Shown here piece by piece: positions 38,641-47,091 of a stretch of DNA of 64,000 nucleotides. Position numbers and translations under genes: made by a program. The notes below the pieces were generated by a model. It was not told the origin of the DNA. It saw only the letters and a program-made list of their open reading frames with translations, and did not search any database. Position 1 is the stretch's first letter; each line of letters starts with the position of its first letter. Source of the stretch: Myxococcota bacterium (GTDB taxonomy: Bacteria > Myxococcota_A > UBA9160 > JAFDDA01); NCBI GenBank assembly GCA_965228475.1, contig OZ245817.1, positions 704,001 through 768,000 on the forward strand. The letters run 5' to 3'.

Positions 38641-38734
38641 GGCGAGCCTCCTGGGCGCAGGCCGATCATGCAGGCCCGGTCGACGCTCGCGCAAGGATGA
38701 ATCGCAGGGCCGGGCGGCCGCGCCCGGGCGCGCT

Positions 38735-39553
38735 TCAGAACCAGGCGATCCCCGCCGCCACGAAGCTCGCGCCGATCACCAGGAGGAGCGCGGCCGCACC
38801 CGCGCGCGGCGCTTCGAAGGACCCGCGGCGGAGCCTCGCGACCAGGCCGCCCCCGAAGACGCCCGCCAGGAAGACCAGCGCCGTGTAGCCGACGGCGAAG
38901 GCGAGCATGGTGACGACCGAGAGGCCCGCCACGCCCTGGGCCGAGGATGCCGCGAGGACCCCGCCGAGGAGCGGGCTCTGGCACGGCGAGGTGAGCAGGG
39001 CGAAGGTCGCGCCCGCGCCGACGGGGCCGAGGCGGGAGTTTCCACCGAGCGCCTGGCCCGCGAAGGGCACCGGCACGAGCTCGAGCGAGGCCAGCCCGAG
39101 GTAGACGAGCAGTCCGCCGACGAGGACGAGCATCGGCCCGCGTTGGGAGATCAGCACGAAGCCCGCGAGGTCCGCCGCGAGGCCGAGCACGGCGAGCGCG
39201 AGGGCCGCTCCCAGGACGAAGCGCGCCGAGAGCAGCGCCGCCCGCGCCCCGCTCGCGTCCGCGGCCCCGATGTAGGCGACGTTCAGCGGGACGAGCGGAA
39301 GCACGCAGGGGGAGAGGCTCGCGAGCAGGCCGGCGGCGAGCCCCGCCGCGGGCAGCACGAACCATGCGGCGCTGGCGACGCTCTGCTCCGGAAGCAGGCG
39401 CGCCGCCGCGAACTCGAGATCCGTCAGCAGCGAGGCGAGCGGGGTCCACCAGAGCCCGGCCGTGGCCGCCGCCAGCGCGCTGGCGGCGAGCACGAACCCG
39501 AAGGCCCGGTGTCGCCAGAGCGGCAGGGGTGCAGAGACGTCGGCGACGGCCAT
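38735..39553 (-). CDS. ccdA: Cytochrome c biogenesis / disulfide reductase CcdA
   Basis: SLSPCVLPLVP and TSPCQSP redox Cys pair in a TM protein. Confidence 0.88.
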   Translation of the reverse strand: MAVADVSAPLPLWRHRAFGFVLAASALAAATAGLWWTPLASLLTDLEFAAARLLPEQSVASAAWFVLPAAGLAAGLLASLSPCVLPLVPLNVAYIGAADASGARAALLSARFVLGAALALAVLGLAADLAGFVLISQRGPMLVLVGGLLVYLGLASLELVPVPFAGQALGGNSRLGPVGAGATFALLTSPCQSPLLGGVLAASSAQGVAGLSVVTMLAFAVGYTALVFLAGVFGGGLVARLRRGSFEAPRAGAAALLLVIGASFVAAGIAWF

Positions 39554-39586
39554 GGCAGGGCTCCGCGGGCTCGACGCCCGCGTGGT

Positions 39587-40012
39587 TCAGGACGGGTTCG
39601 CGCGGGCCTCGGCCAGGGGTGCCTCGTAGCTCGCGGCGTCGGTCACGCCCTTCATCGCGGCGACCTTGCTGCGGTCGTCGCCGCGCAGCACCGCGACGGT
39701 GCCCGTGCGGGCCTTGTACTCGGCGAAGAAGGCGGCGATGCCGAGCCGGTCGGCCTCGGCCTGGGCCGCCTCGAGAGCCGGCTTGTCGGTCACGTCGAGG
39801 ATCACGAGGCGGGCTTCACTGCCGACCGTCTCCTCGAGGGCCTCCCAGGTGGCGTTCAGCTTGGTGCAGGTCCCGCACCAATCCGCATGGATCTTCACGA
39901 GGAAGGGCTTGGTGGCGTCCGCTTTCGCCGAGACTTCGCCGGCGGAGGCCTGGCCGGCAGCGAGGGCCAGGACGGCCAGGGCGAGCATTCCGGTGCGCAA
40001 GGCGATTCGCAT
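39587..40012 (-). CDS. Exported thioredoxin-fold protein
   Basis: Signal peptide; VKIHADWCGTC; SD AAGGA. Confidence 0.85.
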   Translation of the reverse strand: MRIALRTGMLALAVLALAAGQASAGEVSAKADATKPFLVKIHADWCGTCTKLNATWEALEETVGSEARLVILDVTDKPALEAAQAEADRLGIAAFFAEYKARTGTVAVLRGDDRSKVAAMKGVTDAASYEAPLAEARANPS

Positions 40013-40021
40013 TCTTCGTTC

Positions 40022-40061
40022 CTTTCGATGGGTCCAGAGCGCTTTCGATGGGTCCAGAGCG
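40022..40061. repeat. Perfect 20-bp tandem repeat in the thioredoxin 5' leader
   Basis: ctttcgatgggtccagagcg x2. Confidence 0.92.
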
Positions 40062-40085
40062 TCAGGCCTGGATCGCCACCCCTTG

Positions 40086-40112
40086 TACGAACGAAGGCCG
40101 GGCCGGGTTACA
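40086..40112 (-). promoter_or_regulatory. Candidate ECF sigma promoter for trx-ccdA
   Basis: Minus strand TGTAAC-N17-CGTA. Confidence 0.4.
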
Positions 40113-40122
40113 GCGAGGGCGG

Positions 40123-41355
40123 CTAGAGGAGGAGGCCCGCCACGCAGCCCGTCATGAAGGTGGCGAGGGAGCCCGAGAGGATCGAGGTGAAGCCCATCCG
40201 GGCGATGTCGCTGCGGCGCCCCGGGGCGACGGATTCCATCGCCCCGATCAGGATCGCGAGCGAGCCGAAGTTGGCGAAGCCGCAAAGCGCGTAGGAGGCG
40301 ATCACCGCGGTGCGCTCGGAGAGCAAGCCCTGCTCGATCATGCCGCCGAGCTGCTGGTAGGCGAGGAACTCGTTCAGCACCGTCTTCACTCCGAGGAGCG
40401 ATCCCACCTGGGTGGCCTCGCTCCAGGGGATCCCCATGACGAAGGCGAGGGGGGCGAGCAGGACCCCGAGCACGCGCTCGAGGGTCAGCCCCTCGATGCC
40501 GACGACGCTCCCGGCCAGGCCGAGCGCTCCGTTCGCGAAGGCGACCAGGGCGACGAAGGCGATCAGCATGGCGCCGACGAAGGCGCCGAGCTTGAGCCCG
40601 TCGATGGCGCCCGAGGCCGCCGCGTCGATCACGTTGACGGTGGGCACCTCGACCGTGGTCTCCGCCCCGCCCGCGGTCTCCGGCACCTCGGTCTCGGGGA
40701 CCATGACCTTCGCGAGCAGGATCGCGGCCGGCGCCGAGAGCAGGCTCGCCGTCACGAGGTGCCCGGCGAAGTCGCCGCCGCCGAGCATCGTCACGTAGGC
40801 GAAGAGCACCGAGCCCGCGACGGTGGCCATGCCCGTCGTCATCAGGGTGAAGAGCTCCGAGCGCGTCATGCCGTTCACGTAGGGGCGGACGAGCAGCGCG
40901 GATTCCGCCATGCCGACGAAGATGTTCGCGACGGCCGCGAGGCTCTCCGCGCCCGAGAGCCGCATCGTCCGCGAGAGCGCCCGGGCCATGGCGCGGATCA
41001 AGACCTGGATCACGCCCAGGTGATAGAGGACCCCGTAGAGGCTCCCCATGAAGATGATGATCGGGAAGACGGTCATCAGGAAGGACGGGCCGACGTCGTA
41101 GAGCGAGCCGAAGATGAAACGCGAACCCGCCTCGGTGACCGAGAGGATGGCCTCGGCGACGCCGTTCACCGCGGCGAAGAAGGCCCGCCCGACGGGCGTT
41201 CGCAGGAGCAGCAGCGCGAGACCGAGCTGCGCGCCGACGCCGAACAGCACCGTCTGCCACGGGAAGGCGCGCCGGTCGTTCGAGGCGAGCCAGGCGATGC
41301 CGATCATCACGAAGAGGCCGAAGCCGGAAAGGGCGCGCAGGCCGATCTCGTCCAT
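40123..41355 (-). CDS. nupC: Concentrative nucleoside transporter (CNT/NupC family)
   Basis: ANIFVGMAES, GMATVAGS, KTVLNEF, ALCGFANFGS. Confidence 0.93.
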   Translation of the reverse strand: MDEIGLRALSGFGLFVMIGIAWLASNDRRAFPWQTVLFGVGAQLGLALLLLRTPVGRAFFAAVNGVAEAILSVTEAGSRFIFGSLYDVGPSFLMTVFPIIIFMGSLYGVLYHLGVIQVLIRAMARALSRTMRLSGAESLAAVANIFVGMAESALLVRPYVNGMTRSELFTLMTTGMATVAGSVLFAYVTMLGGGDFAGHLVTASLLSAPAAILLAKVMVPETEVPETAGGAETTVEVPTVNVIDAAASGAIDGLKLGAFVGAMLIAFVALVAFANGALGLAGSVVGIEGLTLERVLGVLLAPLAFVMGIPWSEATQVGSLLGVKTVLNEFLAYQQLGGMIEQGLLSERTAVIASYALCGFANFGSLAILIGAMESVAPGRRSDIARMGFTSILSGSLATFMTGCVAGLLL

Positions 41356-41366
41356 GGAGACGGATT

Positions 41367-42011
41367 CTACTGATCGGGAGCGAAAGCCGCGGCGAGTTCT
41401 TGGACCGCGGCGGCGGGGTCGTCTGCCGCGGCGACCGCCGAGATCACCGCGGCGAAGCGGGCGCCTGCAGCCGCGACCGCGCCGACGTTCTCCCGGTCGA
41501 TGCCGCCGATCGCGGCGAGCGGCCGCGGCGCCGCGGCGCGGACGGCTTCGGCCAGGGCGGTGAGCCCGCGCGCGCCGTAGGCGGAAGCCTTCGATTCGGT
41601 GCCGAAGACCGGACCGAAGGCGACGTAGTCGAGCGGGAGCCGCGCGGCCTCGGCCCAGTGGGCCGGCTCGTGGGTCGACGCGCCGAGGAGCAGGCGCTCG
41701 CGAGCGGCCGCCGGCAGGCGCTCGACGGGCAGGTCCCCGCGGCCGAGATGCACGCCGTCGGCTCCGGCCAGCAGGGCCAGATCGAAGCGGTCGTTCACGA
41801 AGAAGAGCACGCCGGCGCGCTCGGTCTCGCGGCGGATCGCCTCCGCGAAGCGGAGGCACTGACGGTCCGTCGCATGCTTCGCCCGCAGCTGGACGACGGC
41901 GGCGCCGCCCCGGCAGGCGGCCTCGGCCTGCTCGACCGGGTCCCACTTCCAGCGCGGGTCGTCGTCGGCCAGGACCATGAGCCCCCGGCGCTGCGCGAGG
42001 GAGGGCTTCAG
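41367..42011 (-). CDS. thiE: Thiamine-phosphate synthase (probable CTG start at 42011; ATG alternative at 41978)
   Basis: VQLRAK, VNDRFDLA, ADGVHLG..D, GASTH, DYVAFGPVFGT.SK, AIGGI. Confidence 0.92.
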   Translation of the reverse strand: MKPSLAQRRGLMVLADDDPRWKWDPVEQAEAACRGGAAVVQLRAKHATDRQCLRFAEAIRRETERAGVLFFVNDRFDLALLAGADGVHLGRGDLPVERLPAAARERLLLGASTHEPAHWAEAARLPLDYVAFGPVFGTESKASAYGARGLTALAEAVRAAAPRPLAAIGGIDRENVGAVAAAGARFAAVISAVAAADDPAAAVQELAAAFAPDQ

Positions 42012-42021
42012 GCCGCCCTCC

Positions 42022-43479
42022 TCAGTCCCGGCCCGGCAGCGTGATGCCGAGCTCGACGATCTTCTTGCGCAGCGTGTTGCGGTTGATTCCGAGCAGGGCC
42101 GCGGCGCGGATCTGGTTGCCTCCGGTGCGCTCGAGGGCCGCCGCGATGAGCGGGCGCTCGACGCTCTCGACGAGGCGCCGGTGCACGTCGCTCGTCCCTT
42201 CGGGCGCTTCGAGCGCCGCATCGAGGGCCTCGCCGATGAGGTCGTTCATCGAGCCCGGCTCCTCCGCCTCGACGACCGGCGCGTCGAGGAAGCCGAAGTC
42301 GTCCGGGGAGAGCACCTCCCCCGAGGCGAGCACGAGCGCGCGCTTCACGGCGTTCTCGAGCTCGCGCACGTTTCCCGGCCACGGGTGGTGGGCCAGGTGT
42401 TCGAGGGCCGCCTCGGACAGGAAGCGCGGCGCGCCCACGAGCTCCTCCGCGTAGAGGGTGGTGAAGTGCTCGGCGAGGCCGCGGACGTCGTCCTGGCGCT
42501 CGCGCAGGGCGGGCAGGTGGATCGGAACGATGCGCAGCCGGTAGAGGAGGTCTTCGCGGAAGCGTCCCTCCCGGACCATCTGGTCGAGGTCGCGGTGAGT
42601 CGCCGCGACGACGCGCACGTCGACGCGGTCCGCGCGCCGGCCGCCCACCGACGTGACCTCGCCGTTCTGGAGTACGCGCAGGAGCTTGGCCTGGAGGTCG
42701 ATGGCCATGTCGCCGATCTCGTCGAGGAGCAGCGTGCCGCCCGATGCCTCGCGAAAGCGTCCGGGCCGGGCATCGACGGCGCCCGTGAAGGCGCCGCGTT
42801 CGTGGCCGAAGAGTTCGCTCTCGAGCAGCTCGCGCGGGATGGCCGCCGTGTTCACCGCGACGAAGCGCTCGCCGGCCCGGTCGCTCGCTTCGTGGATGGC
42901 GCGGGCGACGCGCTCCTTGCCCGTGCCCGTTTCGCCCGTCACGAGCACCGGGATGTCGCTGGCCGCGACCTTGCCCACGGTCTTGAACACCTCGAGCATG
43001 GCGTTGCAGCGCCCGATCAGCCGGTCGGTCACGGGGACGGAGCCGGCCTCGCGCCGCAGCAACCGCACCTCGCGCTCGAGGTCGCGGTTGCGCAGGGCCT
43101 TCGCGACGAGGAGGCTCGTTTCGGAGAGCGCGAACGGCTTGCGCAGGTAGTCGAGGGCGCCGAGCTTCATCGCCTCCATCGTGTTGTCGAAGGTGCTCTC
43201 GGCCGTCATCACGACGATCGCGGTCTGGCTGCCGAGCGTGCGCACGCGCTCGAGCACCTCGAGTCCCGTTGCGCCCGGCATGCGGATGTCGAGGAAGGCG
43301 ACGTCGAAGTCCTGGCCCGCGAGCGCTTCGAAGGCGGCCTCGCCGTCGCTCACGGTCACGACCTCGTGGCCTTCGTCCGCCAGCCACTCCTGCATGTTCT
43401 CGAGGATCGAGGCTTCGTCGTCCGCGACGAGGACGCGGGCGCGCTCTCCGGGCGGGCTTTGCGTTCCGGGATCACTCAT
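42022..43479 (-). CDS. ntrC: Sigma-54-dependent response regulator, NtrC-like
   Basis: REC (VADDE, LDIRMP), GETGTGKE, ESELFGHERGAFTGA, WPGNVRELEN, Fis HTH GGNQIRAAALLGINRNTLRKK. Confidence 0.85.
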   Translation of the reverse strand: MSDPGTQSPPGERARVLVADDEASILENMQEWLADEGHEVVTVSDGEAAFEALAGQDFDVAFLDIRMPGATGLEVLERVRTLGSQTAIVVMTAESTFDNTMEAMKLGALDYLRKPFALSETSLLVAKALRNRDLEREVRLLRREAGSVPVTDRLIGRCNAMLEVFKTVGKVAASDIPVLVTGETGTGKERVARAIHEASDRAGERFVAVNTAAIPRELLESELFGHERGAFTGAVDARPGRFREASGGTLLLDEIGDMAIDLQAKLLRVLQNGEVTSVGGRRADRVDVRVVAATHRDLDQMVREGRFREDLLYRLRIVPIHLPALRERQDDVRGLAEHFTTLYAEELVGAPRFLSEAALEHLAHHPWPGNVRELENAVKRALVLASGEVLSPDDFGFLDAPVVEAEEPGSMNDLIGEALDAALEAPEGTSDVHRRLVESVERPLIAAALERTGGNQIRAAALLGINRNTLRKKIVELGITLPGRD

Positions 43480-43561
43480 GGTCTTGCTCCGGCGAGCCAG
43501 GGCGTCGTTCGCTCACTCATAATCTTGCTCCGGCGAGCCAGGGCGTCGTTCGCTCGCTCAT
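43472..43561 (-). repeat. 41-bp tandem repeat (2.2 copies) encoding two chained 14-aa mini-ORFs between ntrB and ntrC (MIRU-like)
   Basis: ORF1 43561-43517 MSERTTPWLAGARL*, ORF2 43520-43476 MSERTTPWLAGARP*; ATGA overlaps at all three junctions; GGAG 7 nt before each downstream ATG. Confidence 0.9.
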
Positions 43562-44664
43562 GTGGGTTCTCCGGCGGTTCGCAGGGGGAGGTGCACCCGG
43601 GCGCGCGTGCCCTTGCCGGGCTCGCCCTCGAGGGCGAGGCGCCCACCGTGGCCCGCGACCCAGTGCTGGGCGATCGCCAGGCCGAGGCCGGTGCCGGCCG
43701 CGCGCGTGGTGAAGAAGGGTTCGGTGATGCGGTCGCGCAGGTCGTCCGGAATCCCGGGCCCGCTGTCGCGGATGGAGATCTCGACGGCGGGGCCGCGCGA
43801 CCGCTCGCCGGTGGCGAGCCGCAGCGCGAGGTCGATGCGCGTGCGGATCTCGAGGCGCGCGTTGCCCTGGGGTTCGCCCTCGTTCATCGCCTGGAGCGCG
43901 TTGCGCACGAGGTTGTGGAAGATCTGGGCGAGGCGGTCCCGGTCCGCCATCAGCTCGGGGATCGAGGGGTCGTAGAGCCGGACGATCTCGACGCCCTCCG
44001 AGAGCGGATCCAGGTCGTGGAGGTCGAGCACGTCGTCGAGCACGCGGTGGAGGTTCACGGCCCTCGGGCGCAGGCGTTCGTCGCGGGCGAGCTCCATGAA
44101 GTCGTCGAGCAGCGCGCTGATGCGGTCCGTCTCGCGCATCACGAGCTCGGCGGTCTTCTTGGCCCGCGGGTCGTCCGAGCGCCGGGCCAGGAGTTCACCG
44201 GCGCCGCGAATCCCGCCGAGCGGGTTCTTCACCTCGTGGGCGATGCCCGCGGCGATGCGTCCGAAGGAAGTCATGCGGTGGCGCTCGGATTCCGCGTCGA
44301 GCAGCTCCCGCTGGATGCTCCGGTCCCGGATCTCGAGGACCACGCCGTCGCCGCGCTCCTCGGCGTCCCGGAACGGCGAGACCGCGATCTCGACGAGCCG
44401 GTTGCCCGAGCCGGTCGCGTCGCCGACCCGCGGCTCGAGCAGGATCTCGTTCTCGACGAGGCCGCGGCCCTCGGCGAGGACCGTGCGCACGTAGCGGGAG
44501 AGCTCGCGGCCGAGCACCTGCTCGACCGGCCGCCGCCGCGCCGTCTCGGCCGAGGTCATGAGCAGCCGGCAGGCGGCGGTGTTCATCTCCCGCACCGTCC
44601 CGCCGGCGTCGATCACCACGACGCCAGAGAGCAGCGCGTCGATCACGAGAGCCAGGTTCTGCAA
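43558..44664 (-). CDS. ntrB: PAS histidine kinase, NtrB/GlnL-like
   Basis: AHEVKNPLGGIRGA, YDPSIPE, NLVRNA, DSGPG, PFFTT, GTGLGL; TTG start after GAGGGG. Confidence 0.83.
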   Translation of the reverse strand: MQNLALVIDALLSGVVVIDAGGTVREMNTAACRLLMTSAETARRRPVEQVLGRELSRYVRTVLAEGRGLVENEILLEPRVGDATGSGNRLVEIAVSPFRDAEERGDGVVLEIRDRSIQRELLDAESERHRMTSFGRIAAGIAHEVKNPLGGIRGAGELLARRSDDPRAKKTAELVMRETDRISALLDDFMELARDERLRPRAVNLHRVLDDVLDLHDLDPLSEGVEIVRLYDPSIPELMADRDRLAQIFHNLVRNALQAMNEGEPQGNARLEIRTRIDLALRLATGERSRGPAVEISIRDSGPGIPDDLRDRITEPFFTTRAAGTGLGLAIAQHWVAGHGGRLALEGEPGKGTRARVHLPLRTAGEPT

Positions 44665-44822
44665 TCCGGCCCCCTCGCTTCGCGCCGCCCCTCGGCCCGC
44701 GCAACCCACCGAAATCAAAGAAGATCGGCGGGTGAGTGCCTATTATTTGGGCAGGCTAGCCGCTCTGCCGCGCTGCGTCGAGCGGCCTTGGCCGAGGCGC
44801 GCGTGCGGGGTAGGGTCCGGCC

Positions 44823-46076
44823 ATGAGGGAAGGGCTCAGCGTCGAAGAGGCCCGCCGTTTCGTGCTCGACGCGGCCGAGCCGCTCGGAGCGGAGACGGTG
44901 CCCGCCGCGGAAGCCCTCGGCCGGGTGCTCGCCGAGCCGGTGCGCTCCGGACGGACCCTCCCCCCGGAAGACAACTCCGCCATGGACGGATACGCCGTGC
45001 GCGCGGCGGACGTGGCGGCCCCCCCGGCGGAACTGCCGGTCGTCTACGAGGTGCCCGCCGGCGGGCACGCGCCGCGCCCCCTGGCTCCCGGCGAGGCGGC
45101 CCGCATCTTCACCGGCGCGCCCGTTCCGCCCGGGTCGGACGCCGTCGTCCGCCAGGAGGACACCGAGCGCACGGGGGATCGCGTCCGCATCGACGTCGGC
45201 GTGCCGGCCGGGGAGAACGTGCGCCGCGCGGGCGAGGACGTCGCGGCGGGGGACGAGGTCTTCGTCGCCGGCGAGCGCCTGCGCCCGGCGCATCTCGGGA
45301 TGATCGCCTCCCTCGGCCGCACCCAGCTGGCCGTGCATCGGCGGCCCCGGGTGGCGCTGCTCTCGGGCGGCGACGAGCTGGTCGAACCGGACGGCGACGT
45401 CACCGGCGGCAAGATCGTCTCCTCGAACTCCTACACGCTGGCCGCCCAGTGCCGCGAGATCGGCGCCGAGCCGCGCTACCTCGGGATCGCCCGCGACGAG
45501 CCCGCGGACATCGAGCGCCGCCTGCGCGCCGGCCTCGCCTGCGACGCCCTCGTGAGCTCCGCGGGCGTCTCGGTCGGCGACCGCGACCACGTGCGCAGCG
45601 TGCTCGAGGCGCTCGGCTGCAAGCTCGAGTTCTGGGGCGTGCGCGTGAAGCCCGGCTACCCCTTCGTCTTCGGCCGCTTCGCCGACGGCCGCGGCCCGCT
45701 GGTCTTCGGCCTTCCCGGCAATCCGGTCTCCGCGATGGTGACCTTCGAGCTGCTCGTCCGGCCGGTGCTGTTGCGTCTCGCAGGCTGGAGCGCCCTTGAC
45801 CGGCCGGTCCTCGACGTCGTCCTCGGCGAGACGCTCACCAAGAAGGCCGGCCGCGCGCACTACGTCCGCGTGCGTCTCGAGCGCCGCGAAGGCCGCGTCG
45901 TCGCGCGGACCACGGGGAACCAGAGCTCGGGGGTGCTCCGCTCGATGGCCCGCGCCCACGGCCTGCTCGTCTTCCCGGAAACGGCGACGCGCCTGGCCGA
46001 AGGCGACTGCGCCCGGGTGCTCCTGCTCGACGACGACTTCCTCGGTGGCGCACCGGACGATGCGGGCGCTCCGTGA
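44823..46076 (+). CDS. moeA: Molybdopterin molybdenumtransferase
   Basis: NSAMDGYAV, RIFTGAP, GDEL, SAGVSVG, KPG, LPGNPVS. Confidence 0.95.
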   Translation: MREGLSVEEARRFVLDAAEPLGAETVPAAEALGRVLAEPVRSGRTLPPEDNSAMDGYAVRAADVAAPPAELPVVYEVPAGGHAPRPLAPGEAARIFTGAPVPPGSDAVVRQEDTERTGDRVRIDVGVPAGENVRRAGEDVAAGDEVFVAGERLRPAHLGMIASLGRTQLAVHRRPRVALLSGGDELVEPDGDVTGGKIVSSNSYTLAAQCREIGAEPRYLGIARDEPADIERRLRAGLACDALVSSAGVSVGDRDHVRSVLEALGCKLEFWGVRVKPGYPFVFGRFADGRGPLVFGLPGNPVSAMVTFELLVRPVLLRLAGWSALDRPVLDVVLGETLTKKAGRAHYVRVRLERREGRVVARTTGNQSSGVLRSMARAHGLLVFPETATRLAEGDCARVLLLDDDFLGGAPDDAGAP

Positions 46077-46099
46077 GCGCGCCGCGCGATCCTCGGTGA
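46073..46099 (+). other. 8-aa bridging mini-ORF (MSAPRDPR*) linking moeA to mobA
   Basis: GTGA at 46073-46076 (moeA stop) and GTGA at 46096-46099 (mobA start); both followed by GCGC; 23-nt period. Confidence 0.5.
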
Positions 46100-46722
46100 G
46101 CGCTTCGCGGTTCCCGGTCCGCGCTTCGCTCGACGGCGCCGTCCTCCTGGGCGGTGCTTCCTCGCGCATGGGCACCGACAAGGCCACGCTCGAGTTCGCG
46201 GGCCTGCCGAGCGTGGAGCACGTCGCGCGGGCGGTCGCGAGGGTCTGCGAGACGCTCTACCTCGTCGGCGGCGCGCCGCCCGAGACCACCCGCGGCCATC
46301 GCATCCCCGACCCCGAAGGGCCCCAGTGCGCCCTGCGCGGCCTGGTCGCCGCGCTCGACGCTTCGCGAGCCGAGTACGTGCTGGTCCTCGCGACGGATCT
46401 CCCGCTCGTGACGCCGGACCTGTTGCGTGCGCTGGCCGTCGCGCCCGAGGCGGCGGCGGTGGTGCCGCGCGACGAAGGCGGAATCCACCCCCTGTGTGCG
46501 CGCTACCGGCGGGAGCCCGTGCTCTCCGCGGCCGCAGCGCGGCTGGCGTCGGGAAGCCTCGCCCTGCGCGGCGTGCTCGAGGACGTCGGGTTCCATCCCC
46601 TCGAAGGCGACGCTCTGCGCGCGGCGGACCCCGAAGGGCGGGCGCTGTGGAACGTGAATCGGCCGGAGGAGGCGAGGAAGGCGGCCGGCTGGCTCGAGGA
46701 GCGCGCGCAGCGCTCCGGGTGA
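46096..46722 (+). CDS. mobA: Molybdenum cofactor guanylyltransferase
   Basis: LLGGASSRMGTDKA, LATDLP, HPLCARY, NVN.PE; adjacent to moeA. Confidence 0.88.
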   Translation: MSASRFPVRASLDGAVLLGGASSRMGTDKATLEFAGLPSVEHVARAVARVCETLYLVGGAPPETTRGHRIPDPEGPQCALRGLVAALDASRAEYVLVLATDLPLVTPDLLRALAVAPEAAAVVPRDEGGIHPLCARYRREPVLSAAAARLASGSLALRGVLEDVGFHPLEGDALRAADPEGRALWNVNRPEEARKAAGWLEERAQRSG

Positions 46723-46729
46723 ACTCGGG

Positions 46730-47077
46730 TCAGCGCCCGAGGAGCCGTTCGATCTGCTCGCGGACGCGGTCCACGGAGAGTGGCCGCCGAAGCAACGCCG
46801 GCTCCGGGCTCTCTTCCGCCGAGGAGGAGAGCAGCACGAACGGCACGGTCGGGAAGCGGCGTTCGCAGAGGTGGCGCAAGAAGAGTCCGGCGCGCGCGCC
46901 TTCGAGCACGTCGTCGGCCACGATCAGGTCGTATCCGATCTCGGAGAGGCGTTCGACGGCGCTCGGAACGCTCGAGGTCGAGTCGATCTCGAAGGCGGGG
47001 TCGATGGCGCTGAGGCCTTCGCGCAGGACCGGGTCCGGCGCAGCGTGGGCTTCCACGATCAGGACGCGACGGGGCAT
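46730..47077 (-). CDS. Stand-alone atypical receiver-domain protein
   Basis: VLIVE...YDLIVAD...PFVLLS...RRP; degenerate REC domain. Confidence 0.7.
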   Translation of the reverse strand: MPRRVLIVEAHAAPDPVLREGLSAIDPAFEIDSTSSVPSAVERLSEIGYDLIVADDVLEGARAGLFLRHLCERRFPTVPFVLLSSSAEESPEPALLRRPLSVDRVREQIERLLGR

Positions 47078-47091
47078 GGGAGGGTTTCCGG

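Noticed and set aside
43472..43561. CRISPR array interpretation of this and the other short repeats
   Set aside because: Only about two copies, no unique spacers of regular length, and no cas genes in the window.
44665..44822. Sigma-54 promoter near ntrBC
   Set aside because: No correctly spaced TGGCAC-N5-TTGC found.
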